Of a DNA stretch of 64,000 bases, positions 45,661 through 55,431 are shown piece after piece. The DNA lies in the NCBI GenBank assembly GCA_024226315.1, contig JAAELT010000305.1, forward strand, positions 18,304 to 82,303. The letters run 5' to 3'. The position numbers and the translations under genes are program-made. The number at the start of each line of letters is the position of its first letter. The first letter of the stretch is position 1. The DNA is from a bacterium. GTDB lineage: Bacteria > Acidobacteriota > Thermoanaerobaculia > Multivoradales > J023. The notes beneath the pieces were generated by a model. That model ran no database searches, was not told the origin of the DNA, and saw only the letters and a program-made list of their open reading frames with translations.

Positions 45661-48582
45661 TCATCGTTCGGGCAGCGCGGGACAGTCCTCTCTAAAGAAG
45701 TTCCGGCATCGTTCGTCAGATAGCCTGTGCTGGCCGACTTTCCTCCTCGCGATGGCAAGCAACTCTTCCCAGTGGCCGTCCAGGTCGGCATGGCTTTCCA
45801 GGAGGTAGATTCGAATCTTGCTGTCGGTGCCGCCGGAGAACAGGAACTGCCTGCCGGTCTCGCCCGGTCGAAAAGCTACCGTGTGGACGGTCCCGTCGTG
45901 AGCCTGAAAGGCATGGAGCTCAACGAGCGGCTCTGGTTGAATCCCAGCCTGGAAGGCCCAGACCTTTACGGACTGTCCGCCCGACGCCGCGAGAAGTGCT
46001 CCGTCTTGGCTGAAAGCGACGTCCGTAACCGGCTCGGAGCTGCCGTCCAGAGGCTGGTGCCCGATGCTCTTGTGAGTCGTAAGGTCCCAAACCTCGATCC
46101 GATCGGATGATCCAGTGGCTAGATAACGGCCGGTGTGGTCCAGATCCACTGCCTCGACGGGTGACTCGTGTCGAAGTGTCGTTCTCTCTCTCTCTTCGAG
46201 ATACCAGACAACTGCTCGGTCGTTGTGGTTCCCGGTGGCAATGAGATTGCCCGAGTCCGAGAAGTCAACTGCCAGGATCTTGTTGGAGAACTTGAAGGCG
46301 GAGTTGATGTTCATCCGGTCGAAGGTTCTGTCGTGTACATTCCAGAGGGTCAGAAGCTTGCTGCCTGTCGCCAATTGGCTGCCGTCGGGGTTTAGGGCAA
46401 TGCTGTTGATTGGAAAGAGGTTCGTGTCGAATCGTGCGATTTCGCTCCAGGTCTCGACATCCCAGATGATCGCGGACTGGCCCTCTGAACTAGCTACTAG
46501 GCGATTTCCCGTGTCCCCGTTGAAAGCGACACTCGAGAATGCCTCTCCTTGGCGAAGCGGTTCCTTGGCCCGGCCTTGAAAATCCCAAAGGAAGACTCCG
46601 CTAGCGGTGGCCGCCGCCAATAGTCTTTTCTTGCTAGTGATAGACAGATCTCGAACCTCGCTGGGTGCCTGAAGCGTGAAGGCGTCTTCGAGCGTTTTTC
46701 GCACAGCGCGTTTCGCATCGATCGGGGTCGCCTCATCTGCACCAGACGTGATGCTTGCCGTGTGAAGAGCCAGTAGCAGCCGGTCGAGACGGTTGTAGTC
46801 GCCGAGCTGGTCAGTGCGCCAGAGAAGACGCCTTGCCGCCTCTTCGGATCGCCGCCGCCGCTCTTTCCTTCTCTCATGTCTGGAAAGTTCGCGCCTGAGT
46901 TCTTCGACCGAATCCGAAAGCCTCTTCTTTTTCTCCTCGAGTGCCTTCTGCTCCTCTGCTTGCTCCCGCTTCTTCTTAGCGCGTGTGAGTTCCGTCACGC
47001 TCTCATCGATCCCTTGGAAGATCTTTTGGAAGAGGATATCCCGACCCTGACGCTCCTTTTCCAGGGTCGCGATCTGACTGTTCAAGTCATCTTCGGTCTC
47101 CTGGAAGATCTGGTGGTTGCTTCTAGCTTCTAGCTTGTGTTGCTCTGCGCTTTCGGCATGCTTACGAATCAAGCTCTCGAGTTCCTGGGTCTTGTCCCTG
47201 GTCTTGAAGAAGAAAGCCACGAAACTGAGTGTCGCGAGCAACAAGACCACGGGATAACCGAGAAACCTTCGCAGCCTCTTGGCGCGCCTTTTTGCCCGCT
47301 TGATCTGTGCGACTTTTTCTTCGATGGGTTTTGCCACCTCGAGCCGGTACGCCTCCCTGCTTTCCCGGTCTCGAACCTCCTGCTCGATCGAAGGAATCAG
47401 ATACTCAGTGGTCAGCTCGTAGTAGGAGGTCCCGCGTTGAGCGGTCAGGCTCACTAGCTTCTTCGTTTTCAAGTACCTCAGAATCGGATCTACTTTCTTA
47501 GGATCGGCGCCTTCAGCAGAAGTGATCAGTTCAAGCAGCTTGCCTTCACTGACCACGTCTCGGGTGCTCTGGTCCGTGATGAGCTGGCCCAGCGTGGCGA
47601 TCGTGAGCGTTCTCCGTTTCCCAGGTCGGATGTCGAGCTCGTCCTCCAAAAGCGTCTGGAGGATGCCTCGAACTCTATCTAGCTCTTTGTACTCGTCGAT
47701 GCCGATCTCGACTCGATCAGCCGCGAACCTATTCCACAGTCGATTACAAACGATCTGAAGCTTTGTCGGGTGGATAGAACCTTCGAGACGATGCTCTTTC
47801 AAGTCGCTCAGGATCTCCTGCGCGAGCTCGGGCTTGATCCGGGACACGTATGAGTGGCCGGGCTTGAAAGGATCGAGGATGGCCTTCCTGGCGTCTTCGC
47901 GGCTTAGATGACCCAGCCGTAATCGGTAGTCGAAGATCCGGGCGTAGTTTTTTGTTAGAAGTTCGAGCCTTCCGAGGAAATCTTCGCGGATCGCGATGAG
48001 GATCTTGATATGGAAGTCGTCGCTGTTGGCGACTTTGAAGAACATTTCGAGAAACTCACGACGCAGTATTTGCTGTTCTTCGGATTCACGATCGAACAGC
48101 GTAAAGAGTTCCTCGAATTGATCGAATATCAGAACGCAAGGAGATGGAGAGTCTCTCAAGGAGAGAATCTCTCGAAAGTGCTCCAAGGAGATGGCAATCC
48201 TGCTACCCTGACTCTGGGTTTTCGTATCAAAAATGGACGGGGTGAACCCGGGCCCGGGCTCCTCGCCCGTGTCGATTCTCTCCACGAGGATCGGCTCGTC
48301 GCGGATCGGCCGAAGGAGCAGACGTTCAACGCCGTAAGACTCTTTTCTCAAAGCCGGTACCAGGCCGGCGTTGATCAACGAAGATTTTCCCGAGCCGGAA
48401 TGGCCGAAGAGCACGACAAGAGGCGAAACTAGAACTTTTGCAAAGAGGTTCTCTGCGATCTTGTCGCGGCCAAGGAACACGTGCCGATCCGAGTAGCGAA
48501 AGGCATGGAGGCCTCGGTACGGACTCTGCGGCCGATCGGTGTTCTTTCGCTCTGCCGCTTCTTTGCCGCTCATCGGGTGCAA
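45661..48582 (-). CDS. STAND-class P-loop NTPase with coiled-coil region, one predicted TM segment, and C-terminal WD40 beta-propeller
   Basis: N-terminal PYRGLHAFRYSDRHVFLGRD; Walker A GHSGSGKSS; Walker B VLIFDQFEELF. K/E/R-rich coiled coil with TM FLGYPVVLLLATLSFVAFFF; several WD repeats. Local GC ~48-55% against ~68% for flanks. Confidence 0.85.
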   Translation of the reverse strand: MHPMSGKEAAERKNTDRPQSPYRGLHAFRYSDRHVFLGRDKIAENLFAKVLVSPLVVLFGHSGSGKSSLINAGLVPALRKESYGVERLLLRPIRDEPILVERIDTGEEPGPGFTPSIFDTKTQSQGSRIAISLEHFREILSLRDSPSPCVLIFDQFEELFTLFDRESEEQQILRREFLEMFFKVANSDDFHIKILIAIREDFLGRLELLTKNYARIFDYRLRLGHLSREDARKAILDPFKPGHSYVSRIKPELAQEILSDLKEHRLEGSIHPTKLQIVCNRLWNRFAADRVEIGIDEYKELDRVRGILQTLLEDELDIRPGKRRTLTIATLGQLITDQSTRDVVSEGKLLELITSAEGADPKKVDPILRYLKTKKLVSLTAQRGTSYYELTTEYLIPSIEQEVRDRESREAYRLEVAKPIEEKVAQIKRAKRRAKRLRRFLGYPVVLLLATLSFVAFFFKTRDKTQELESLIRKHAESAEQHKLEARSNHQIFQETEDDLNSQIATLEKERQGRDILFQKIFQGIDESVTELTRAKKKREQAEEQKALEEKKKRLSDSVEELRRELSRHERRKERRRRSEEAARRLLWRTDQLGDYNRLDRLLLALHTASITSGADEATPIDAKRAVRKTLEDAFTLQAPSEVRDLSITSKKRLLAAATASGVFLWDFQGRAKEPLRQGEAFSSVAFNGDTGNRLVASSEGQSAIIWDVETWSEIARFDTNLFPINSIALNPDGSQLATGSKLLTLWNVHDRTFDRMNINSAFKFSNKILAVDFSDSGNLIATGNHNDRAVVWYLEERERTTLRHESPVEAVDLDHTGRYLATGSSDRIEVWDLTTHKSIGHQPLDGSSEPVTDVAFSQDGALLAASGGQSVKVWAFQAGIQPEPLVELHAFQAHDGTVHTVAFRPGETGRQFLFSGGTDSKIRIYLLESHADLDGHWEELLAIARRKVGQHRLSDERCRNFFREDCPALPER

Positions 48583-49460
48583 GCCTCGTAAAGTGCCGGC
48601 ACGAAGTCCCAGAGATTCTGCCTTAAGAAGCTCACCATTCTCTTGGGGTCATGCTCCAGGATGGTGACAATCAAATTGTCTGGGGATGGATCCACGGAAA
48701 AAGAAACGGGAAACTGAGAGGATTTGAGGTTCCAGCGCAACGAGTTGAAGAGCAAGCGGAGGTTGTAGTCCTTGAGGCTGTAACCGATGAACAGGACGGG
48801 CCACGTGTTCAATCGGGCGCGAATATTCAACGGTATCGGGTGCCTGTCCGGTAAGCTCATTCTCTCGATGAATTTGAAGTAGTCGACCTCGGTGACCACC
48901 AGGGATTTCGGCTTGGCAAGCTCGCCGTGCAGTTTGAAGAGGATTGGCTTCTCCTCTTCGGGGTCGAGAGGTACGTCCTCCGGTTCGTTGTCCGGATCGT
49001 AGACGACGGGAAGGGGTCGCTTGGGGCGCTCTTTCGTTGTGTTTGCCCGGCCGAGAGCCAGGTCGAAAAGATTGTCGTAGTTGGTGGTGATAATCACCGG
49101 GAAGGGAAGCGCGGCGAGCATCTCCAGTGCGGGCGAAGGCAGGTATCCGTTGTCGAGCTCGGCTCGAAGTGCGTCCACGAGCTCCTTGCGAGAGCCTCCC
49201 TTGCGGCGTTCCATGTACAGCGAGACTCTCTGAAGGTTTGAGGAGTCTTTGTAAGGGTACTGGCAGGCTTTCGCGAGGCGTTTCGATAGCGCCGCACCGC
49301 TCGGCGGTCCGTTTTTATACTCGTATCGAGAGCGCTCAGGGGACGGGGCGTGGGCCATCGAGCCGAGGAACAGGATGCACTTTCCGTCTTTGACCTTGCT
49401 GATCACAGATTTAGGGATCGAGTCGACTTCTTTGGTTTTGGCAGTCATTCGAATGGGCAA
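48570..49460 (-). CDS. SIR2-like (SIR2_2/PF13289-type) domain protein, putative NAD+-consuming effector
   Basis: CILFLGSMAHAPS, IITTNYDNLFDLAL, KLHGELAKPKSLVVTEVDY, VLFIGYSLKDYNLRLLF. 13-nt overlap with the STAND gene start (translational coupling); low GC. Confidence 0.8.
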   Translation of the reverse strand: MPIRMTAKTKEVDSIPKSVISKVKDGKCILFLGSMAHAPSPERSRYEYKNGPPSGAALSKRLAKACQYPYKDSSNLQRVSLYMERRKGGSRKELVDALRAELDNGYLPSPALEMLAALPFPVIITTNYDNLFDLALGRANTTKERPKRPLPVVYDPDNEPEDVPLDPEEEKPILFKLHGELAKPKSLVVTEVDYFKFIERMSLPDRHPIPLNIRARLNTWPVLFIGYSLKDYNLRLLFNSLRWNLKSSQFPVSFSVDPSPDNLIVTILEHDPKRMVSFLRQNLWDFVPALYEACTR

Positions 49461-49753
49461 GCGCGGCGATCGGGTTTGTTCTTCGCCACCGCAGAGCAGG
49501 CCTCCGACGGAGATTTCCCGTCAGCCGAGTCTGCCGGCATCAGGGTGAGGTACGTGTCGAAACTGCCGATAGTCTACCGCCAATCCCGTGTTTGCTGTCA
49601 ACAGCGTAAGGAAAGCGAGGAATCCCCCACCGAGGCACCTGCGAGTGCAGCTGCTATGCTCTGTCCGACGCGGATTGGCGAGTCGAAGACTATGCCCGAG
49701 CATACCAGCGGCCAGGCTACCCGATGGCAGCTGACCTCAGCGTCGCGCCGACC

Positions 49754-51736
49754 TCAGCGTCGCGCCGATGTCACCAACCGGAAACCCACCTGGCTGCTGC
49801 GCTTGGCGGGGGGCAGCTCAAGGCTGCCGGACGCCTGGCACATCTCTGGAGAGGACCTCCAGCTGCCACCGGCGACCGACTCCTGCTTCCTGGGCTCCCA
49901 GCTGATCGAGCGATCCTGGAAGAAAGACTCCGGCGCAGAGGGGCGCTGATCGCCGTCGGGGCCTTCCAGCAGGTACATGGCCGGCGGGGTGGAGCGCGTC
50001 CATTCCGCGACGTTGCCGTGTACCTCGTGGAGGCCGTAGGCGTTGGCCGGCATGCCGCGCGCCTCCTCGGTGCCGATCTCGCGGTCCCTGGAGTTGCCGG
50101 CGCATCGCGCGTCCTCCGGCGTCAGCTCGTCGCCCCACCAGAAAGCGGTTTCCCGATCGCCCTGCGCGGCATAGCGCCACTCCGACTCCGTCGGCAACCG
50201 GTAGCCGTCGCACCCGTCCACCGGCGCGACGAAGCCGCAGAAGAAGCCGCCGTCGCAGGACGGAGCGTCCTCGGGGCAGCCGACGCCAGGTGTTCCCTGG
50301 CAGCCAGCCAGGCGATAGCAGGCCCGGCGCTCCTGGTGCTTCGAGAGCTCGTTGGCAAAGAGCATGGCGTCGAACATGTTGACCCGCTCCACCGGGCACT
50401 CCTCGCCGCAAGAGCGGAAGTACGACGGATTGGCGCCCATGAGCAACTGCCAGTCGCCCTGGGTGATCTCGGTGTCGGTGATCCAGAAGTCGTCCCTCAC
50501 CCGCAGCATCTGCCGGGACTTGCCGCGCTGCCGATCCTTCGGCGACCGCGACGCCCCGATCTCCCCCGCCGCGACGTACTCCAGCCGGAGATCCAGCTCG
50601 CGCTCGTCCTCGTCCTCGGTGGCTAACTGAGTCACTTCCTCGACCATCTCGAGGCCGGCGGCCCGGGCGAGAGCGATCTTGAGCGCCTTGCGCAAACTCT
50701 TCGCGTCCCAGGCGAGCTGAAAGGTGCCACCGCTCTTCTGCGCCAGGCAGCGCAGCTGCGACTGGGCCTTGGCGTTGCGCAGGATGTCGAAGCCGACGAC
50801 GTAGGTGGTAAAACCCACTCCTCTGCTCTCCATCGCCTCGTGGATCTCGCACGGATTCCGGCCGCAGGACTCCTCGCCGTCGCTGACCAGTACCACCCGC
50901 GCGGTTTCGCCCTCGCTGGCGACGTCTTCGGCAGCCTGGATCACGGCCTGGGTCAGAGGCGTCGCGCCCTTCGCCTGGATCTGTTCGACGGCGGCGATCA
51001 CGGGCGACGCTCCACCGCGGTCCGTCGGCACCAGGGTCTCGATGTCCTGGCAGGTGCCGTCGCGATGGCCGAAGGCCACCATGCCCAGCGAGATCTTCGG
51101 ATCCCAGTCGGCCAGGACCTCGCGCAGCACGTCGCGCGCGATCTCCAGCTTGGGCCGGCCGTTGATCCGCGCCTTCATGCTGCCCGAGGCGTCGAGAACC
51201 AGGCTGATCCGGTCCGGCTTGTCGTCCTCGTCGTCTTCGTCCTCGTCGGTGATCTTCACTACCTTGACGCCGTCGGCCGGAACGGCGCCCGGCGAGACGT
51301 AGCCGATGGCCGCGGTGTGGAAGCGAACCCACTGGATGACCGCCTCGTCGCCCTCTCGTACCAGCAGCCCGTCACGGCGGGCCGCGACCGCTTTCTCCTG
51401 CCAGCCGTGCACCGAAGAAGCGGACTCGGCGTGCACGAATCTGCTGAATGCGGCGTGGATCTCCGTCTCCGGAGCCTGTTCCACGGGCTCCACCGGCTTC
51501 TCGTCGGCCCAGGTCTGACCGGCCAGCAGAAAGAGCTCCGCCACCTGCTCGCGGGTCAGCGACTCGGTCGGGTTGCGATGGTGGACGATCAGGCGGAAGC
51601 CCGGGTCTCTCGTGGCGGCAACGACGACCGCGGCCTCCGCGACGGGATCGGGCGTAACGGGAATGGGCACGGCGCCCGATCGACCAACGGCAAAAGCCAG
51701 CGCGACCAGGACCAAAACGAGCGAGCGCTTGAGCAT
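49754..51736 (-). CDS. Secreted multidomain protein: PBP-like domain, von Willebrand factor A domain, FGE-sulfatase (SUMF1/EgtB/PvdO-like) domain
   Basis: Signal peptide; VWA MIDAS DASGSM...GATPL...VLVSDGEE; FGE block WITDTEITQGDWQLLMGANPSYF...GYRLPTESEWRYAAQG...GLHEVHGNVAEWT. Confidence 0.75.
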   Translation of the reverse strand: MLKRSLVLVLVALAFAVGRSGAVPIPVTPDPVAEAAVVVAATRDPGFRLIVHHRNPTESLTREQVAELFLLAGQTWADEKPVEPVEQAPETEIHAAFSRFVHAESASSVHGWQEKAVAARRDGLLVREGDEAVIQWVRFHTAAIGYVSPGAVPADGVKVVKITDEDEDDEDDKPDRISLVLDASGSMKARINGRPKLEIARDVLREVLADWDPKISLGMVAFGHRDGTCQDIETLVPTDRGGASPVIAAVEQIQAKGATPLTQAVIQAAEDVASEGETARVVLVSDGEESCGRNPCEIHEAMESRGVGFTTYVVGFDILRNAKAQSQLRCLAQKSGGTFQLAWDAKSLRKALKIALARAAGLEMVEEVTQLATEDEDERELDLRLEYVAAGEIGASRSPKDRQRGKSRQMLRVRDDFWITDTEITQGDWQLLMGANPSYFRSCGEECPVERVNMFDAMLFANELSKHQERRACYRLAGCQGTPGVGCPEDAPSCDGGFFCGFVAPVDGCDGYRLPTESEWRYAAQGDRETAFWWGDELTPEDARCAGNSRDREIGTEEARGMPANAYGLHEVHGNVAEWTRSTPPAMYLLEGPDGDQRPSAPESFFQDRSISWEPRKQESVAGGSWRSSPEMCQASGSLELPPAKRSSQVGFRLVTSARR

Positions 51737-51802
51737 GGGTTGGATCTCCTCCCTTCACCTATTCAACGGATCAGACCCTCCGAACGTCACAGTCGTCTCC
51801 GC

Positions 51803-52429
51803 TCACCGCGCTGTCTTCGCGGCCTTCTTGGCGGCGCGGATCGCGCGCCCTACTTCCGCGTCCAGCTGGCGCTCGACCTCGCTGCCCCAGCCCGACTGCT
51901 GGTACCGGACCTTGCCGTCGTGGCCGACCACGACAAACGTCGGATAGCGGGAGATCCGGAAGATCCGGCGGGTCAGCTCGCGGTCCTCGTCCCACACCTG
52001 GGGCCAGTTCATGTCGTGCTTGGCGACGAAGCTCCTCAAGGCGTCGCCGTCGTGGTCGTTGCTGATGCTCAGCAACACGAAGGGGTCCTTTTCGCTGCGC
52101 TCGTGGAGCGTCTGCAAGTGCGGAATCGACGCCACGCAGGGAGGACACCAGGTGCCCCAGAAATCGATCAGGAGCACCGTGCCCGCGAAGCTCCCTTGGC
52201 TGAGCCGCTCGCCTTCGAGAGTCACGGCTTCGAAGGCCGGCAGGGCGTCCTTGGCGCGACGCGCGGCGCTGTCGCCTTCCTGGAGCACTTTCGCGAAAGC
52301 CTCCCCGTACGGATCCTCCTGGGCGAGGGCCGGTATCGCGGCCCACAGCAGAACCGCCGACGTCAGAATCCACGTCGGTTTCGAGAACCACCGTGTCTTC
52401 GAGAAAAACAGTGTCGCTATCCGCATCAT
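51803..52429 (-). CDS. TlpA/ResA-like periplasmic thiol-disulfide oxidoreductase (thioredoxin fold)
   Basis: Signal peptide; WGTWCPPC active site. Confidence 0.8.
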   Translation of the reverse strand: MMRIATLFFSKTRWFSKPTWILTSAVLLWAAIPALAQEDPYGEAFAKVLQEGDSAARRAKDALPAFEAVTLEGERLSQGSFAGTVLLIDFWGTWCPPCVASIPHLQTLHERSEKDPFVLLSISNDHDGDALRSFVAKHDMNWPQVWDEDRELTRRIFRISRYPTFVVVGHDGKVRYQQSGWGSEVERQLDAEVGRAIRAAKKAAKTAR

Positions 52430-52500
52430 CGAGACCTCCCTCGGGGGAAACCTCGAGATTGTAGCGCGAGGCCTGTCTGTCCGAATACTCGGACAGACTC

Positions 52501-52977
52501 CTACCTGTTCATTTCGGTTCCCCGAGCTTCCGCCTCCAGCCGGCCTGTCAGCCAGTCCCGGAACAGCGGCAGCTCACGCTGCAGGGCCGACAGGTAGGGG
52601 CGGCAAGCCTCCTGATCGCCGGCGCGCGCTTCGCGCTCCAGCTGCTCGCACAGGATCATCACTCGCCGACCTCCGAGCCAGCCGGCCAGGCTCTTGAGGG
52701 AGTGGGCTCCCCGGACCACCGACGACAGACCGCCGGCTTCGAGCGCCCTCTCGATCGTGGCGAGCTTGAGGGGCGCGTCGATCAGAAATCGCCGCACCCA
52801 TTTGCGGAACAGCGCTCCGTCCGGATCGAGTCTTCTGAGTCTCTGAAGAGCCTCGCGGTCGTGGGATTCTCCGGTCATCCTGAAGCTCCCCGGAATCGGC
52901 TCTCTCGAATACGCGTTGTGTAGCATTCCCAACCTCCAGACATCGACCGTGGACCGGGTCGAACCGGCTGAGGCCAC
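52501..52977 (-). CDS. Hpt (histidine phosphotransfer) domain protein; real start probably at the internal Met (~52878)
   Basis: Hpt motif RGAHSLKSLAGWLGG. Confidence 0.6.
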   Translation of the reverse strand: MASAGSTRSTVDVWRLGMLHNAYSREPIPGSFRMTGESHDREALQRLRRLDPDGALFRKWVRRFLIDAPLKLATIERALEAGGLSSVVRGAHSLKSLAGWLGGRRVMILCEQLEREARAGDQEACRPYLSALQRELPLFRDWLTGRLEAEARGTEMNR

Positions 52978-53047
52978 AGACTCGCCCCGGCGTGTTAAGC
53001 CGTGGTGAGCGAAATGTTGCGATCTGTTAAGGCGTCTTCGAGAGGGC

Positions 53048-53929
53048 TCAAGGCGAGCAGTACCCTTCGATCGGCGTCACGCCGTGGAAGACCACGACGC
53101 TCCCCGCCGGGGCCACGTACTCGCTCAGACCCACGGGATCGCCGGGGTTGCCCCAGTCGTAGGTGTACCCGAGAGCGGTCCACGGGTAGTTGTCGAACAG
53201 CTCCTCGTGGCCGTAGCTGGACGCCCAGTTGTCGCACATCCAGCGCAGGTGCCCGGGGTGCACGGTGAGGTACCTGCCGGACACCTGGCGTTTGAGGCCG
53301 CAGTCCCAGGGGCGCCTGAGGTCGCGGTCGACCACCGGGATCTCGACCTGGCACTCGTGGTCGGAGATCTCCGGATCCGGGCACGGGCGGAAGAGGTCGG
53401 TCGGATCGACCCAGACCTCGAGGAAGGCGTCCTTGCCACGGCCGGGGGGCAGGCCGATCAGCTGCTCGAGCCGCAGAGTGAGCATTGGAACGTCCAGATC
53501 CAGCGCCTGACAGAAGTCCCGGGCGAGAGGGGTGGCGGTAAACCAGGTGTCGACCGGCAGCGGGTAGGTCTGCCCGGGCCGGAGCTCGGTGGGCTCGTAG
53601 TACTGCTTCTTGGTCCAGGTCGCCATCAAGATCTGGCCCTGGTCGTTCCAGATCAGCCCCTCGGTGGAGGGCAGGAGCGGCGTCAGATCGCGCGAGATCT
53701 CCGCCGGCGTCGGGACCCGGGCGTCCTCGATGGCGGCCTCGTAGGCGGCACGGATCTCGGGCGAGGCGGGATCGAGGCACAGCGGACAGCCGGGCGCCGG
53801 GGCCGCGGGCATGGCCGGCGGCGAAGGAGCAGGGGCCGAGGGAGCGGAAGACGGTCCCGAGCGGCCGGCGCAGCCGGCGAGCAGAGCCAGGGCGAGGATC
53901 GGGACGAGCAGGCGGGGGCGTCGGCGCAT
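53048..53929 (-). CDS. Hypothetical lipoprotein
   Basis: MRRRPRLLVPILALALLAGCAG lipobox. Start set at ATG 53929; the track ORF's 115 upstream codons are Arg/Gly-rich overlap with argH. Confidence 0.55.
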   Translation of the reverse strand: MRRRPRLLVPILALALLAGCAGRSGPSSAPSAPAPSPPAMPAAPAPGCPLCLDPASPEIRAAYEAAIEDARVPTPAEISRDLTPLLPSTEGLIWNDQGQILMATWTKKQYYEPTELRPGQTYPLPVDTWFTATPLARDFCQALDLDVPMLTLRLEQLIGLPPGRGKDAFLEVWVDPTDLFRPCPDPEISDHECQVEIPVVDRDLRRPWDCGLKRQVSGRYLTVHPGHLRWMCDNWASSYGHEELFDNYPWTALGYTYDWGNPGDPVGLSEYVAPAGSVVVFHGVTPIEGYCSP

Positions 53930-53934
53930 CGGTG

Positions 53935-55320
53935 CTACCCCATCCCCTGCCGCAGCACTCGCACCTGGCGCTCGACCTCGACCCAGGCGGTGCCGCCCAA
54001 CGAGGTCCGGCGCTCGGCGGCGGCGCGAGGGTCGAGCCAGGGGCCGAGGTCGTCGGGAAACCGGGGGTGGAAGCGCTTGGCGGCCTCGGGCGTCAGCGCG
54101 CCCAGGTCGCTGCCCTGGTCCTCGCACCAGCGGACGATCCGCCCGACCACCTCGTGGGCCTCGCGGAACGCCACACCGCGCTCGACCAACAGGTCCGCCA
54201 GCTCGGTCGCCAGGCTGAAGTCGCCTTCGAGCGCCTTCTCGAAACGCTCCCGGCTCAACTCGAGGGTGCGCCACATGCCCGCCATGATGCCCACCGACGC
54301 GAGGGTCGTCTCCACCGCGTCGAACAGCGGCTCACGGTCTTCCTGAAGATCCCGGTTGTAGGCCAGGGGCAGAGCCTTGACCAGGTGCAGCAGGGCCATC
54401 AGGTCGCCGCACACCCGCGACGACTTGCCGCGCACCAGCTCGGCGGCGTCCGGGTTGCGCTTCTGGGGCATGATCGAGGAGCCGGTGGCGTAATCCTCGC
54501 CCAGGCGCACGAAGGCGAACTCCGAGGACGACCACAGCACCAGCTCCTCGGCCATCCGCGACAGGTGGGTCATGCAGATGGCGCAGGCCGCCGCCACCTC
54601 CTGCTCGTGGTCGCGCGCCGCCACCGCGTCCATGGCGTTGTCGGCGACGCCGGCGAAACCCATCGCCTCGGCCGTCGACGCGCGGTCGATCGGGTGCGGC
54701 GTGCCGGCCATCGCACAGGCGCCGAGCGGCGAACGGTCGAGGCGCCTCGTCGCGTCGACGAGGCGCTCGCGATCGCGCACCAGCGGCCAGGCGTGTGCCA
54801 GCAGGTGGTGGCCCAGCAGGATCGGCTGACCGCGCTGCAGGTGGGTGTAACCGGGCAGCAGCGTCTTGCCGTCACTCTCGACGCGGTCGAGCAAGGTGTT
54901 GACGAGCTCCGCGAGGGCGGCGTCGAGCTCGCCCAGCCGGCGCTTGAGCCAGAGGCGCACGTCGGTGGCCACCTGATCGTTGCGCGAGCGGGCCGTGTGC
55001 AGCTTCTTGCCGAGGTCGCCGAGCAGCTCGATCAAGCGCGCCTCGACCGCCATGTGCACGTCCTCGTGCTCGTCGCCGGGAACCCAGGCGCCGGAGGCCA
55101 GCTCGCCGCGAACCTCTTCCAGACCGGCGCACAGACGCTCGGCCTCGCCCGGATCGAGGATGCCCACCTCGCCGAGCATGGTGGCGTGGGCCACCGAGCC
55201 GTCGATGTCCTCGTCGAGCATACGCAGATCGATCGCCAGTGAGGTGGAGTAGCGCTGCATATCGCCGCTGGTCGGCTGATCGAAACGGCCGCGCAGCAGA
55301 TTGGGATCGGGCTCGCTCAT
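53935..55320 (-). CDS. argH: Argininosuccinate lyase
   Basis: GSSIMPQKRNPD signature; collinear with ArgH. Confidence 0.9.
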   Translation of the reverse strand: MSEPDPNLLRGRFDQPTSGDMQRYSTSLAIDLRMLDEDIDGSVAHATMLGEVGILDPGEAERLCAGLEEVRGELASGAWVPGDEHEDVHMAVEARLIELLGDLGKKLHTARSRNDQVATDVRLWLKRRLGELDAALAELVNTLLDRVESDGKTLLPGYTHLQRGQPILLGHHLLAHAWPLVRDRERLVDATRRLDRSPLGACAMAGTPHPIDRASTAEAMGFAGVADNAMDAVAARDHEQEVAAACAICMTHLSRMAEELVLWSSSEFAFVRLGEDYATGSSIMPQKRNPDAAELVRGKSSRVCGDLMALLHLVKALPLAYNRDLQEDREPLFDAVETTLASVGIMAGMWRTLELSRERFEKALEGDFSLATELADLLVERGVAFREAHEVVGRIVRWCEDQGSDLGALTPEAAKRFHPRFPDDLGPWLDPRAAAERRTSLGGTAWVEVERQVRVLRQGMG

Positions 55321-55431
55321 GGTGCGCCGTACTATGCCACAGCGGCTGTTGTGGAACACAGTAGGCTGTTGTGGATCATCGTAGGCTGTTGTGGATCATC
55401 GTAGGCTGCTGTGAAATCATCGTAGACGGCC

